DNA of 60,134 nt, counting the filler, from Porpidia crustulata (taxonomy: Eukaryota), in the NCBI GenBank assembly GCA_964255105.1. It is 11 parts of 11 records of this genome, joined end to end, with 100 filler letters (N's around TTAATTAATTAA, not from the genome) between each part and the next. Parts side by side here need not be neighbours in the genome. Positions count along the whole stretch, not along the records: positions 10,988 to 16,378 come from CAXUWE010001827.1; positions 16,479 to 21,865 come from CAXUWE010001828.1; positions 21,966 to 27,350 come from CAXUWE010001830.1; 8 more parts are not named here. One strand, written 5' to 3'. This document shows positions 12,670-25,800 of this stretch, one piece after another; within the stretch, counting starts at the first letter, position 1; every line of letters begins with the position of its first letter. Both the position numbers and the translations under genes were made by a program. Under the pieces are notes generated by a model that saw nothing but the letters and a program-made list of their open reading frames with translations, searched no databases and was not told where the DNA came from.

Positions 12670-13514
12670 AGTGAAGGCGTAGATGATCTGTACGAGGAGA
12701 ATAACTGTGCTTTGTATTGAATTGTTTAATTTGCCAGTGTGCACATGAATTAGAGAAGATGGTCGCCCTTCAAAGTTGTAGCCTTACCCAAAAAAGGGTG
12801 TCCCTTTTTAGCTTAGCCTCGAAAGTAAACGCGATTGCAGCCGAGGCGTGAGGCTGCTACTTTTAGATTGATAGTTAAGGCTCCTTTGAACAACTAAACT
12901 CTTCGAGATACTACTTGTTTCTTGTGCGCCTACCTATAGGACTGATAGAAAAGAAATCATCGAGTGATCCACTGATATCTCGGCAAATCAAGCCCCTACT
13001 TAGTTATGAAAGTCTTATGTATTCCATGGATGGCTAACATATAGCCATTGCATGCTTCCAGGTCAACAAAGTACAGAGATTATGGCCATGAAGTCTCTTC
13101 GCTAGATATTGACACTCATCAAGATAGCCATTGTACTTTGGTATGATCTTCTACCCTCTTTGGCAAAACTCAAAACTTCTCCGCAGACTCAACCAAAATT
13201 CCACAAATCCACCATGAAGCCAGGAAACCCGTCCACAAAGCATTTGTCTAATAATGGAAGTCGTGCTTCTAAATTGCCGGATTTGCTCCATATGTATGCC
13301 CATACGTTCAAAATCTCGCTCATTCTCTCTATGTGTTTGCTGTTTCTTTTGGGACCTTTCCCTCACAAGACTATCGTCATAACTTCGCTTTAGCTTCCCA
13401 TATCCTATCTCTCGTCTGTATCTGGCAATTTCATTAAGCGTTTAGACCTCATCTTCTCAAGGAAAAGAATTATCGCTTTCTAGAACTTCCCTAGAATCTC
13501 GCAATGGTGCGTTC

Positions 13515-14204
13515 TTATTCGATTATGATTTTTACTTTAGTGATCACGAGGTCTTCCTCTAGCTCCAGTGTTGGAATCGTAAGCAGTCCTGCCTGCAAGT
13601 CCATCGAGCTAGTAGGCTGGATTTTCACGAGGCGCCAAACCGCATTCCACATCATGAGCAACAGTGCCATCAAGCACACCGTACTCACGGTTTGCAACCA
13701 AAGAGTAGCGATGTATGCTTGGATGTTTGTCTGGTCCTCCTTCCTCACAAATTCCGGATACTCTAGGGTGTAATTAATGATCGTCACCCACAGCCACATC
13801 ACGTCGATTGATACGCTTAAGCCAGAAACCACCGAGGTCGCACTTAGAAGCCAATGCTGCCTATCCTCCAGCGCGCAATTTCGTGATGTTCTGACTCTGA
13901 GAATATGATTACCATCATCCGAGAAATACTGTTTACTGGTGAATAATTCGTTGTACCCGAATCCGGTGCTCCAAACAAACACCAAGGCTATTGCAACTCT
14001 CATAGACAGGAGAAGCAGTTCCCAGAGAGCTAAAGTCAACGGTGACTCGCGTTCCAGAAGATCCAACTGTGTCGGGATGAGGGAGGCTAGTAGGAGCTCG
14101 AAGAAAGCCACCGTTGTCAAACCGAGTAAAACATGATGAGGGAAGTTGGTCCCGTGCGCCTTGTCAACAAGACTGACAGAGTGCACATTTTGGTTGGAAT
14201 TCAT
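13515..14204 (-). CDS. Hypothetical multi-pass membrane protein (229 aa), possibly degenerate
   Basis: ATG-initiated ORF with about 4 hydrophobic segments. No family recognised. Confidence 0.4.
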   Translation of the reverse strand: MNSNQNVHSVSLVDKAHGTNFPHHVLLGLTTVAFFELLLASLIPTQLDLLERESPLTLALWELLLLSMRVAIALVFVWSTGFGYNELFTSKQYFSDDGNHILRVRTSRNCALEDRQHWLLSATSVVSGLSVSIDVMWLWVTIINYTLEYPEFVRKEDQTNIQAYIATLWLQTVSTVCLMALLLMMWNAVWRLVKIQPTSSMDLQAGLLTIPTLELEEDLVITKVKIIIE

Positions 14205-15132
14205 AATGATGATATCGATGTTGAATTAGGAGAATGATTATCGTGGTGGTATTTCTCTTGTGGTAGATTCCCAGTCGGTAGTCTTTCGAGGGCCAAATGT
14301 AGAGGGAACATTTGGGAACCTCCCAGTTAATTACACATCTGCTCTGAACCGAGTCACAGTAAACGTCCTCACAAGTGATGTTAGGTCACCGCTCTGGCTT
14401 CGCGGGAATTGGAAGTTCTCATTCACCCAATACGCAACGGCGATAGCTAAGGTGATATCACCGTTTTGTTGGAATTGGTATCAAGAAGATACCGACCAAG
14501 CTCGTCTAACAATGTGACTGGCATATCATAGAAGCACCTTTACGATCTATGACCGTCCTAAGCCGAGAAGAAACAATATGTTCACTTGAATGTTGGATAT
14601 CGTCATTTCCTCCCTATACACTGCGATGGTGACCCCCACGATCTGCAAACTCAGCAAGAAGAGTGACCTGGCACATGGAAAACCTTTCGCGACTCAGCGT
14701 TCCCGGCTTCACGACTCGTCTACCCCTGAAAGAGTTTGATCGTCAAGAGCGCTGATTATCGTGCGCGGTCTTCCTTCCAACGTATGGTTAGCGCTTTATT
14801 GATATCTCGATATATCCGGTTTATACAGCTTACTCGTGCGGACACTCAAGAAATTATCCAAGTGGGGCAACTACACATGTACGGTCAAGTAGCAATGGTT
14901 TGTTCAAAGCATCTAGTGTGTATCTACCTTCTTCGTTTCCTAGCTGTTCTCTTAATCTGCAATGAAAAAAGTAGGACCTGCAGCGCCTTCGGCTAAAGAT
15001 ATAGGATGAGGAAGTTGAGGGGGAGTCAAAACATCATCGAAAAGAGCGTCTACAGATGGAGATAATGCACAGACTCCGGCTACTGTACTGTACCAATCCA
15101 GAAAGGAATAGGACATGGAATGCCTCCATTAC

Positions 15133-15840
15133 TCAAACGGTCTCGCCGTCCGGTCCATGCTCCAACGATAGTGCCCGTATTCGTGCCAGTCGTTGGCATA
15201 CATCAGCTCTCAGCGCTTTGTGTAACTCTAGCATGTAGAACCTTCTCCAATATCTGTCCACGCTTTGGAGGTAGAGAGCGCTTAGCCTTCTGTCCATGTG
15301 TGGATACTGCATATCCATTGCTTGTTGCAATGTATTGAGCGTTGGTCCAATAATTTGATTTTCCGAAAAAGATCGACGTGCAGCTTGATTAAGCACAAGC
15401 CAAACCCTGTAGAAGTCTGCAGGCGTTTTGGGTCGCAACACTAGTAGCACCAGAATCTGATAATTCCGTTGCATGGAGCGATACGCATCCTGGCGCATTC
15501 TGATACTCGTTCGAACAATTTCGGTTTTTTGCCGATTGTACTCCTGATGCGCCAAATGTCGCGCTTGCTCTGCTTGTCGATGCTCACGGATCCGCCAAAT
15601 GTACAGCCCGAAACAACAGTCGCTGGAGCAGCAGCATGAACAGTGTTGATGTACCTGACGCCAAAAAATCTCAATCCCGAAGCATGCCCCGATGCAAACA
15701 TGAGATCCTTGACGCTGTCTCACCAAGTCTTGCATCTCGCTGTATCCGGGGTTGACTTCCTGGAATGCTCGGCAAAGAAGACTTCTGTCGAGGATGACGA
15801 TACATCCGCAATCGTATAGTTCCCAGTGGATCTGGCACAT
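15133..15840 (-). CDS. Hypothetical Cys-rich protein (235 aa)
   Basis: N-terminal MCx6YxCGC motif typical of fungal orphan proteins, a CSCCCSSDCC cluster and a helical C-terminus. Intronless. Confidence 0.6.
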   Translation of the reverse strand: MCQIHWELYDCGCIVILDRSLLCRAFQEVNPGYSEMQDLVRQRQGSHVCIGACFGIEIFWRQVHQHCSCCCSSDCCFGLYIWRIREHRQAEQARHLAHQEYNRQKTEIVRTSIRMRQDAYRSMQRNYQILVLLVLRPKTPADFYRVWLVLNQAARRSFSENQIIGPTLNTLQQAMDMQYPHMDRRLSALYLQSVDRYWRRFYMLELHKALRADVCQRLARIRALSLEHGPDGETV

Positions 15841-18800
15841 TGGAGTCGGAGCGAATGACAGTGCTTTAGGTGGTCCGGAGGCTCTTGGTTCAGAATGTAA
15901 TCTTGTGGATTTGACGTGGTAGGGGAAGACCTAAGCCGACCGCGAGTAAAAACGACCTAATTAAGATGTTTAAGGTGCGTTAACGGAGGCATTTAAATAG
16001 ATATCCTGAGAGGGAGCACAGGACGGGAGCATCATCAAATTGACAAAATATATGCTGCTCTGAAAAAATGATAGTAACTAACAATGGAATGTAAAGAGCG
16101 TGATCTTGAACAGACTGAAATGCGAACAAAGCGAGCTGTCTGACATCAATTTCGAGACGTACTGTGCAGCATCCTCCACGAGAGACCAGAGTTGGAAGGA
16201 GCATCGCAACCGGCCATTTCTGTTGAATCAGGAAGGACCAATTGGAAGAGGAAGGCATGCTTGACCTGAACTGGTTGACAGAAAGGCCTTAACCGACCGT
16301 AAACCCTCACGCCACGATCCCTACCTCCAAACATCTCTAAGCTACCTCCCCTTTCCCCCTCCCTTACCTGCTCTCGTTNNNNNNNNNNNNNNNNNNNNNN
16401 NNNNNNNNNNNNNNNNNNNNNNTTAATTAATTAANNNNNNNNNNNNNNNNNNNNNNNNNNNNNNNNNNNNNNNNNNNNCAAACCCAACAGAACCCCCACC
16501 AACATCCTCTAACATTGGTGCCACCACTCCCCACAACCAATCTCCTCTATTCACAATAAGATATCGCAAACACGTACACAGCCTAGCTACAGATCCGGGA
16601 TTTTGAGTAATGGTCGTCTTGGCTGGCTTTGGGGATGGCTGGGTTTGGGTTTCGTGGTTTTGTGGGTTTGAGGGGGAGGAGTTGATGGGTATGAAGGATG
16701 AGTACTTCCTGAAGAAGGGGCTGGCTGTGATAAGGGAATTTGTACTGCTTTTGAAGGGTTTGGTCTGATGTGGATGATGTGGTATGGGAGAAGTGGAAAG
16801 TTGCAAGGGAGTTTGGATGGAGAAATCAAAAAAGGGGATAAAAATAAGCAATGGAAATTAAGGGAAACGTCGTAGACGGGAAGAAGCCCGCATCTTGGCG
16901 GTTTTTATTGAATAAGCTGTTAGCAACGGTTTAAGGATCCCGGTCAGGACTGGGAAAAGGGATAGTGTGTAGATGGACGGCGATCCGAGGAATTTGGTAT
17001 TAGCTAGGTGGATACCTAGAAGCCTGTGAAGATCAATGCCGTGGTAAAGGCTCCAGCAGGCTTGAAAGGCATGTTCATCGAGTGGAGTCTCTGTCTGAAG
17101 GGAACCTTTGTGGAGCAGAACGTCGGTCTGAATGAATAAGTTAGATATAGGGGCAACTGGAGCTAGGAGCGTGTGCCATGTCAACACATTGATAACAAAG
17201 CATTTATTATTGATCTGTGAATTGTGTGATGGATCATCAGCATTCGTCTGCCGCTAGCATCAGTTTGCGCAACCAAAGCCAGAACATTTTTGAGCATGCT
17301 GTAATCTGCTGCTCAGGTCGTGCCGACTCTTCTTTTACTTCGAGCAAGGCTTGAAACACTTGGCTATTCTTCATCTTGATCTTTCTGGTACTTTGTGGCT
17401 CATAGCAGTATCCAAAGTGAGAGCGTCTGGACCTATCTTTTGATCGACTAAGCGACTAGACGAGCACTACTATCAGAAATAATGCTCACGGTATGCTTGC
17501 CGCATTCTATGGATTAATCGTTGAACGCTGAGATACCAAGGGCTGCTAGACTTCTTCTCTTGCTGGCATTGCTTTGTTTCCAACTCGCAAAGATGTTCGA
17601 CTATGAGTGACCGGGGAGGGTCATTGCCAGAACGGAGTTTTCAGATTATATAATGACGAAACGGTCCGACTCATACATCGACATTCTGACCATAACTGTG
17701 CTGCTTCAAAACGTGCATGCTTTGAGATCAAAACAGATATTGAGCAGTCAGCCTACCTGGACGGACAGGCTACGATCTGGTATCTTCTTTCCAGGCTATG
17801 GTAGTATTCAGATGCGATTTCCTGTCAATTTAGTTCTCTCGTTTCTCCATCGCTAAGAAGAATTTCTCTCGAAATACACCGTGAAGGCATTCTAGCTGGA
17901 TTCTTGAGATCGAAGGCGAAAACAGCTATATCTTAATGTCAACATTGCTTCATCCCCCGGATTTTAGTACGATAAATTGAGTACTCCTGCACAGCTATTG
18001 TCACCAGGATTTTCAATCCTCAGTACCGTCTCAAACGTTCAAGAACAGCCCAGTGATTTAAATCTCATGGGATTGCAATATAGGTAGCCTATTGAAGGTT
18101 CTGACTCTTGTCTTCCGCAGTCCACGATGGCGGTACCGGGGGATGTGCTGTACCAGCAGCACATTAATCCGTTAGCTCAAAGAAGCCATGACTACCTCAC
18201 GGATTGCTTTTGATTTTGCTACCCAATGATTCTGGTCCAGATGCCAAGCTTCTGAACTGGCACGCATCATACTTTGAGGTGCACCCCTCTAATGGCCACA
18301 TCCACAGCGAAGTCCACGGTTTTCGTATGAGCCAACACAGGTGTATTGATAGCTGCTGGGAGAGAATGAAAGCAATCTACCTCGACTTCTTGTGTACGTA
18401 ATCCCTTAGCAGAATTTTTGGTCTACAAATTTGTTTATCTGTAATCTGTTGATACTTTGAGAATTTTCAATTCCTTCGCTGTGAGACGCAGCCGCAGCTT
18501 CTTTTCCCGAACTAAACCCGATTGGAGTTGATGCCGATTTCGCGTACAGGCCTGCCTCGACCTCTTGACGTTGCAGTTTGAGTCCTATGCGAGTCATTTA
18601 CGCTTTTCTAATATTTGCTACTGTTCTATTTGCTTAAATCTCCTCAGCACTATACAACAGTAGCGTTCAGCTACATTTTTAGACCGGTGCTTTGGCTACT
18701 CTTCATATGCCCCGCCTCGCTGCTCCTCCATCCTATACAAAGTACTTTGCGCCTCGATGATGTCTGGATGCAGCAGGCTATATGTGTATATCTTTGAGAC

Positions 18801-18841
18801 AGAGGCTTTGTGAATAGTGTCCACAGCGCTCCATCCCAAAG

Positions 18842-20113
18842 ATGCTCAATTCGCAGCAACATGTCTTTTCCCACCAGCATCAATACCCACAAGCCGAGCC
18901 TTCGTGGCTCCACCAACAGCAAGGCCACCATCAGCAGCATAACAATTCACACCCAGCTACCCATTCACATACCCAGGCGCAGCATCAGGCTCGGGCCCAA
19001 GCCGCTGCTCAACAGCAGCACTACAGTCAGATTGCCGTGAATAGCAGCAACAACAATGGGCATGGGATCAACCCTGACCATAATCTAGGTAATTCAGCGG
19101 ACGGTACATGGAGTGAAGAAAACCGCCGAGTTCTAGGTTGGGTAGCTGAACTGATGAATGGGAGTTCACGTGAGACGGCACTCATGGAGCTAAGTAAGAA
19201 GAGGGAGCAGGTACCTGAATTGGCGCTTATCATATGGCATTCATTTGGTAAAGTCGACGCTGCAGATTCAGGGATCAACTATTGACAGGGCGATCAAGGT
19301 GTCATGACTTCTCTACTCCAGGAGATCATCTCGGTATATCCGCTATTGAATCCTTCCCAGTTAACAGCCGCTGCGTCGAACCGTGTCTGCAATGCTCTGG
19401 CCCTTTTGCAATGCGTGGCTTCGCATAACGATACAAGAGGCCTATTTCTGAACGGTAAATCAATCATAATCTCTCGAGAGATGGATTTCCACTGACATGG
19501 TGAACAGCCCATATCCCATTGTTCCTCTACCCCTTCCTCAATACAACCTCGAAGTCGCGCCCCTTCGAGTACCTGCGACTAACGTCGCTCGGTGTTATTG
19601 GTGCTTTGGTTAAAAATGATTCTTCAGAAGTCATCAACTTTCTGTTGACCACCGAGATTATTCCATTGTGCCTCAGGATCATGGAGACTGGCTCGGAGCT
19701 CAGTAAGACAGTGGCCATCTTTATCGTACAGAAGATACTACTCGACGATACTGGATTAGGTTACATCTGTCATACCTACGAGAGGTTTTACGCCGTTGGT
19801 ACAGTCCTCAGCAATATGGTCGGTCAATTGGTCGAGCAGCAAACTGTTCGGTTGTTGAAGCATGTTGTCCGGTGTTTCCTTCGGTTGGTCGGCCACTATG
19901 TTTATCATGACATATTTATGCTAATGCTGTCTTAGATTAAGTGATAACGCCCGGGCTCGAGAAGCACTCCGACAGTGCTTGCCAGAGCCTTTACGGGATG
20001 CTACGTTCTCTTCTGTTCTCCGTGATGATGCTGCTACGAAACGTTGTCTGGCTCAACTTCTGATCAACCTTTCTGACAACGTTGTGGATACGACCAACAA
20101 TCCAGGGGTGTAA
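18842..20113 (+). CDS. RCD1: CCR4-NOT subunit Rcd1/Caf40/Not9 (4 exons)
   Basis: [51 protein letters not shown] and [14 protein letters not shown]-rich N-terminus. TAA at 20111-20113. Confidence 0.96.
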
Positions 20114-21026
20114 GTCCTGGCACACACCGGTTCGCAAATGACGTCGCACGATATTTCGCACATATACCCTTGGGATGATTTTGGCATTGTAGGATATTCG
20201 TGGCATAAGGGAGGATTGGCTATCTACGCACCGATCGGCATTGGATCTTTCGACGTTGGATTGATGATCGAAGACATTTTCTGGTTTCTACTGGTTTTAA
20301 AAGCATTTCTCGAGGGATAAGACGGTCGTACAGGGCGTTTGTGGATTTCAAGAGGCAGGAGCGCAAACCATACCCTTCTGCTACAGCCATTTTGCTATTA
20401 TGAAATGCTTCAGTCACATTCGCATTGCAGGGGTTTTGGATCCGCTTTCAATTCTTCACGGGATTGTATCAGTATGGATGTTTTCCAGCGCAGATATTAT
20501 TATCTTATTCTTGTAAAGACAGACATTTTTCTATATCAACATAACCCAAATTTGACATTGCGATGCCATTCTGAATTCTCCGAGTTGAAGACTGATCATC
20601 TGGAGAACGACGACACAGATTTTTAGCCTTCTTAAGCAGATCACTGACTTGGGAGAGAGACGCAGTGATTGATTACCTGTTGACGTGTCCGTAACGTCGA
20701 CGGCGAAGTTTTGTATAGATCAAAGCTTGCACAGCTTAGTGATAGCGTAGGGCTGAGCTATCTACGCTCCGCGCTAGTCTAGATCTCCCGTCAATGCTAC
20801 TAAACTACCACGCTGGAGGCACATCGATGTTCTCGATTATCCAGCCAACGCGAAATCACCCAACACGTACTTTACCTACCATCTTGCTTCCTGAGCTACA
20901 CTATAACGCTTCACCACTGTGCTGCTCTCAGAGATTCCGTCGCCACGCGTCATCAAATATTCTAGCCTTCACATCTCCAAAGAAGATAACGCTACAACCA
21001 AATTCGATCACACGAGCCTCGTCGGC

Positions 21027-21865
21027 ATGGTGTCGCGGAAACGTGGGAGGGCGGAGATGGAGTCAGAAGAGCCAGTAAAGGAGACGAGTTTGCTGGATCG
21101 ACTCCGAAATATGTGGGAATTTTCGAATCTTATGCAATATATCTTCATATTCGGAAAAGTTGTCAAGATTGACGATGACTTTACTATTGAGGTAAACGCC
21201 CCTTCCTCTATCCCCACGACACTCCCAGAAACACTCTCCTGTCAAGACTACTGGTCTGGGATTCCGATAATGGAATTATCTTGACATTTTGCTGCCATAG
21301 GATCTGGAATCAGAGTGCCTCAAGACCGAACCCTCACCGAAGCTTTCCGAAATCGGTCTGGCGCTTCTCAAATTTGTCTCGTCGCATCGAGGGCTGACGT
21401 AGGTATACTCCTACTGTCGCTCTCCGACTCTGCTGACGTCTAGTAGGCCTGAAATATTCGACGAGTATACACGCCGTCAATACGTTGCAAAGGCGCCGGA
21501 TCGCAACCCTTTCGGCACAGAGGAGACTCCAAATAAATTTGCCGACTTTGATGTATTTACCAAGCTTCGCGTGCTGTTCCAGCTTTCGCAGTGGACCTTG
21601 ATCAACGCCGAGCGGATAAGAAGTCTTATGCCGGAGACGAAGGATACCGAACAAACGCAATGGGTTAGTATCAGGTCTACCCCGAAATCATACCTGCTGA
21701 GCTAAGGTATTATAGCGTATGGAAGAAGTAGGATATGACAAGGAGGAGCGCCTTTATTTTGTACTTGACGATAACCGAATGTACCGTCGTACGGATCCCC
21801 AAATACCACCAACACCAACCCCCAAAACGAAGGCCAAAACAAACAAAGGAAAAGCATCCTCGAGG
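21027..21865 (+). CDS. DDT/WHIM1-type chromatin-associated protein, 3' truncated
   Basis: Spliced product MVSRKR...LRNMWEFSNLMQYIFIFG...LLKFVSSHRGL...KLRVLFQLSQW...VGYDKEERLYFVLDDNRMYRRTD. Three introns. Confidence 0.75.
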
Positions 21866-22390
21866 NNNNNNNNNNNNNNNNNNNNNNNNNNNNNNNNNNN
21901 NNNNNNNNNTTAATTAATTAANNNNNNNNNNNNNNNNNNNNNNNNNNNNNNNNNNNNNNNNNNNNCCCCTCTCCCTCCCCCTTCAGCGCCGCTCCTCGAC
22001 CCACAACTCCAAATCCATAATCCCGCCACATACCGTCCGAAGGACAGACCCATAGATGCCAAAGGAAAAACGCACTAGAAAGCCCGAGCCCCAGCAGGAG
22101 CAGCAGCAGGAGACATTTACCCAACGGAATCTTTTGGCGCTCTCTAACGAAGATGAAGAAACAAACAGCGATCGCAGAAAAGAGATCGAAGTAAGCAGAA
22201 TGATAATAGAAAGCGACGATAAGCGACGAAGAAAAAGAATAAAAAGCCGAAAGCGAAAATATACAAAAATGAATAATACATAAGATCGTGTTTCACAAGT
22301 TGATCTTGTTGAGACGGATTTTTAAAAAGATCTAAGATTAAAAATTTCAACTCCTTAACGTCCTTTCTGTTAAAAAATCTCGCTTTTGTG

Positions 22391-22562
22391 TGCTACGATC
22401 CACCCCCAGGCGCACATTTTTACCCGGGTGAGGAAGTTGGGGTTAGGTCGGGGGGCAGGCGCTGACCACATTCTAACTGCACCACCAAAAAGGCGAAACA
22501 CTAAGTCGTTAGACTTACTTAGCCCATGTGCTACTAGATATACCGTGGTTAGGGTCCCAACA
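22391..22562. mobile_element. Diverged LTR-like element, copy 1 (about 172 bp)
   Basis: TG...CA termini. Shares blocks such as ACTAAGTCGTTAGACTTA and CTTAGCCCATGTGCTACTAGATATACCGTGGTTAGGG with 22949-23104. No clean TSD. Confidence 0.65.
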
Positions 22563-22828
22563 CTTTAAGCATCTTTTTTGATTCTTTTCTGTTTAATATC
22601 GCAAATGGAGAAATCTTCGGTTAGTGGTATTTACTTATACTGAAATCAGGTCACAGTAGCAGAAAAGAACGATCAGAGACAGCGTGGATGAGACTGAGAA
22701 ATCTGTATAACTTAGATTGAATTGGACTTAATAAAGAGGACTGGAATTGAAGTAATCCAGAGACGAGTAGATACTGATATAGTAGCTGTGATAACTTTCA
22801 ACATACAAGCGTTTTTCAGGCTGCAAAG

Positions 22829-25800
22829 TCATTGCCAATATTGAATGAGCGGACAGTAACAACTTTCCAAACCAAGATTCCTGTCCTGCGCNNNNNNNNN
22901 NGACGAACAAGGCAAACGGTCACCTTGAAAACCCTCTGTCATCCTCTCTGCTACGACCACCCCCAGGGGCACACGTTTACCCGGGTAAGGAAGCGATGGG
23001 CTAGGGGGACGTACCCACCCCAACTGCACCACCAAAAGGCGAAATACTAAGTCGTTAGACTTAGCCCATGTGCTACTAGATATACCGTGGTTAGGGCCCT
23101 GACACTCTCTAGCGCCCCCTTCAACTTCTCCTTTGTAGGCCTCGACATTCCTCCTCAATTGCGTCTTCTCTCTGCCCTTAGATAACATCTCCAACAGCAA
23201 GTCCGCAGCCTCCCGCGTCTTGGGGGGGGGGGGGGGCGCCCCCCGCGGGAGCGTCTTGTCCATCCCCCACCCCCACCTCTTTTCCCTCGCCTTGAAACCC
23301 ATCCTCGCCAATTCCAAAGCTTCCTTCCTCTTCGTTTTTCGGTCTCTCTGCATCCACAGCGCGCGCGCGAGATTGTTGCGACTCTGAAGCGTAAGCGGAT
23401 GAGCCTTGCCGAGATCCTTTTCAAGCTCGAAGAGCGTTTCCCGCTCGGAGGCCTCGATCTCGCTTGAGGGGACTATACCGCGTAGGCGGCGGACGGTGGC
23501 AAGGTCAGTTCGAGCGGCTAGTATTACAGGGTGATCTACACGGAGATGTTGCTCTCGACCGGTCAGGGAGAATTGGTAGAGGTCTTCGGCTTCTGCGAAT
23601 CGCTCGGGAATTGGCTGGGTGGAAGCGAGATTCGAGGCCACAAGACACGAGGCAAGGCTTGAGGCTGCTGTAAGGGCGTGTTGGTGCTGGGCACCGACGA
23701 GGTGTTTGGCCTTGCGGTAGACTTCGCGTTTGTGGGATTCCGCTATGGCGAACTTGCCCTGCATTTGGAGGTCATTGGAAAGTCCATACTGGGACTTGAT
23801 GGTTTCGGGATGGTCGGGTCCGAGAACTTCTTTTTGAACTGTCCATGTTTGCAAGTTGATCCGCTCGGCTTCTGTGTATTTGCCTTCATCATGGCAGATC
23901 CAGGCAAGGCGCCAGTAAGCTTTCAGGGTGACAGGGTGGCGGGTGCCGGAGTTGTTCACGTGACCTCCAATGGCTTCACGGAGGCATTGCTCGGCTTCGT
24001 GGAAGTTGCCGAGATGTCGAAGGATTGTTCCTAGCCTTACCTTTGAATTTAAAATCTCGATATGGTCAGGCTCTAATGTTCTTTCTAGGCTCTTCAGGAT
24101 CCTTCGCATCGCTCGCTCCCCCTCAACATACTTTCCTTGTTCTTGATAGATCAAACAAAGTGCTGCGATGCTGCGCAGGGTATCTTCATGTTTCGCCCCT
24201 AAAGTAGTTCTGAGGCCTCTCCATACCTCTTGAGCCAAATCCTCCGCCTCTTCTAATCTGCCTAAATCCTTCAGAATAATAATGCGATTCGACTTGATAG
24301 GAAGGATATCCCGCTGCTTCACACCAAGCGCGAATGTCACGGTCGTCAGCGCTCGGCGGCTCAAAGTCTCCGCTTGCTCGTAGAGACCTTGTTGAAGATA
24401 ATACCAGCTGATTTTCGATTGTAGTAGGCCTAATGGCATACCCTCGGCAGGGCCGTAAAGATTGTTACTCATAATCTTCAGCGCATGCGGGAAGAGGGTA
24501 GCACAAGTATGCCAGGACTCATATTGTCCGTCTGGGAAATGCTCAGAGATCAAAGACAATGCCTCGGTAGCCCATTTCTTCTCGGTGATGGTGGTAAGTA
24601 ACCTTTTACGCGTCGCGAGCTGCACTAAGCGGTGCATATCAAATGTCTCGTGGTCTGGGCCAGCGGTAATGAAAGAATATGTCAGAAGAGTATTAAGTGA
24701 TTGAGTATTCAAGTTTCCAGCGCCAGTCTGGAGATGTTGGAGGCAAAACTTGGGGATGTGTTGTGTATCGAAGAAGGCCATGAGGGAAAGTAATTCAGCC
24801 GCGGGTTTGCACTCAATTTCGATCTGGTCGAATCCGATCTTCCATGTCGACAAGACTGCTTTAGATGAGTCACCAGCTCTGCCGTGACTCTCGATATCAT
24901 GATCTAGCGATGCCGTTAGATTCGCTTCATCGTTCTCTATCAGCCTGAGATAGGCTTGCACTGTCAACGAGTTCTTTTGCATGAAGGCCGCCGCCTGCAC
25001 AAGAGCTAGTGGGAGATAGTCTAATTGCTTGGCAAGAGTATCTAAATCACCACTGAGCCGAGCTTTTTGGCGAGAATTGTCTGAGACGTTAGGCAGCTCC
25101 CCTTCTGTCAGCTTTTTCTGAAGTAATACGGATGCAACTGCGGGGCTTATGGCTTGCACTTCCATGACATGCCCTGGCCTTGTTAAGACTTCCGCGGTTG
25201 ACTTGTTATTTGTTGTGAGTAGAACGTTCCCGTGATCGACATTGGGAATATAGCTACTCATTCTAATAGTCGAAGGATCATTTGGAGACTCCTGGGCTTT
25301 CCTCGTTGGAATATTTCTAGGGAATCTTGAAAACGTATCCGCATTGTTGACACTATCGACTATCATTAGCCAGTGTCCATTGCTTTCGTCCAAGAGCCAA
25401 CGTCGAACTCGGTCAAGCACGGTAAGTCTAGTGTCTTCAAGGTGTGAAAGTCTACAATGCGCTGCAATCATTGCTAGAGAGTTGCTCAACTGATCGACGT
25501 CATGTGCCTGAATCCAAAAAATCGAGTGCTGTGGGAAATTGAGTTGGTACCAGTAAGCATATTCTAAGGCAACCTGGGATTTGCCAATGCCACCTAAACC
25601 GTGAAGTGCGACCCTATTCTGAGATCTATTAGATGGATTGATCGTTTGCTTGAGATAGTGAAGAACGTCTTGTCGGCCCACAAATCTAGGGTTTCGCGAA
25701 TACGGTACGAGGAAGAATGGCCCTGCGCGTACTTGACGATGCAATCCTAATCGTTCGCGATCTTCCACATCGCTGTCCAGGTTACTTAAGCCATTCTCCT

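Noticed and set aside
16858..16893. Short ORF MRASSRLRRFP in a strong CCGCCAAGATG context
   Set aside because: No convincing splice or recognisable product. Could be a uORF but is unsupported.
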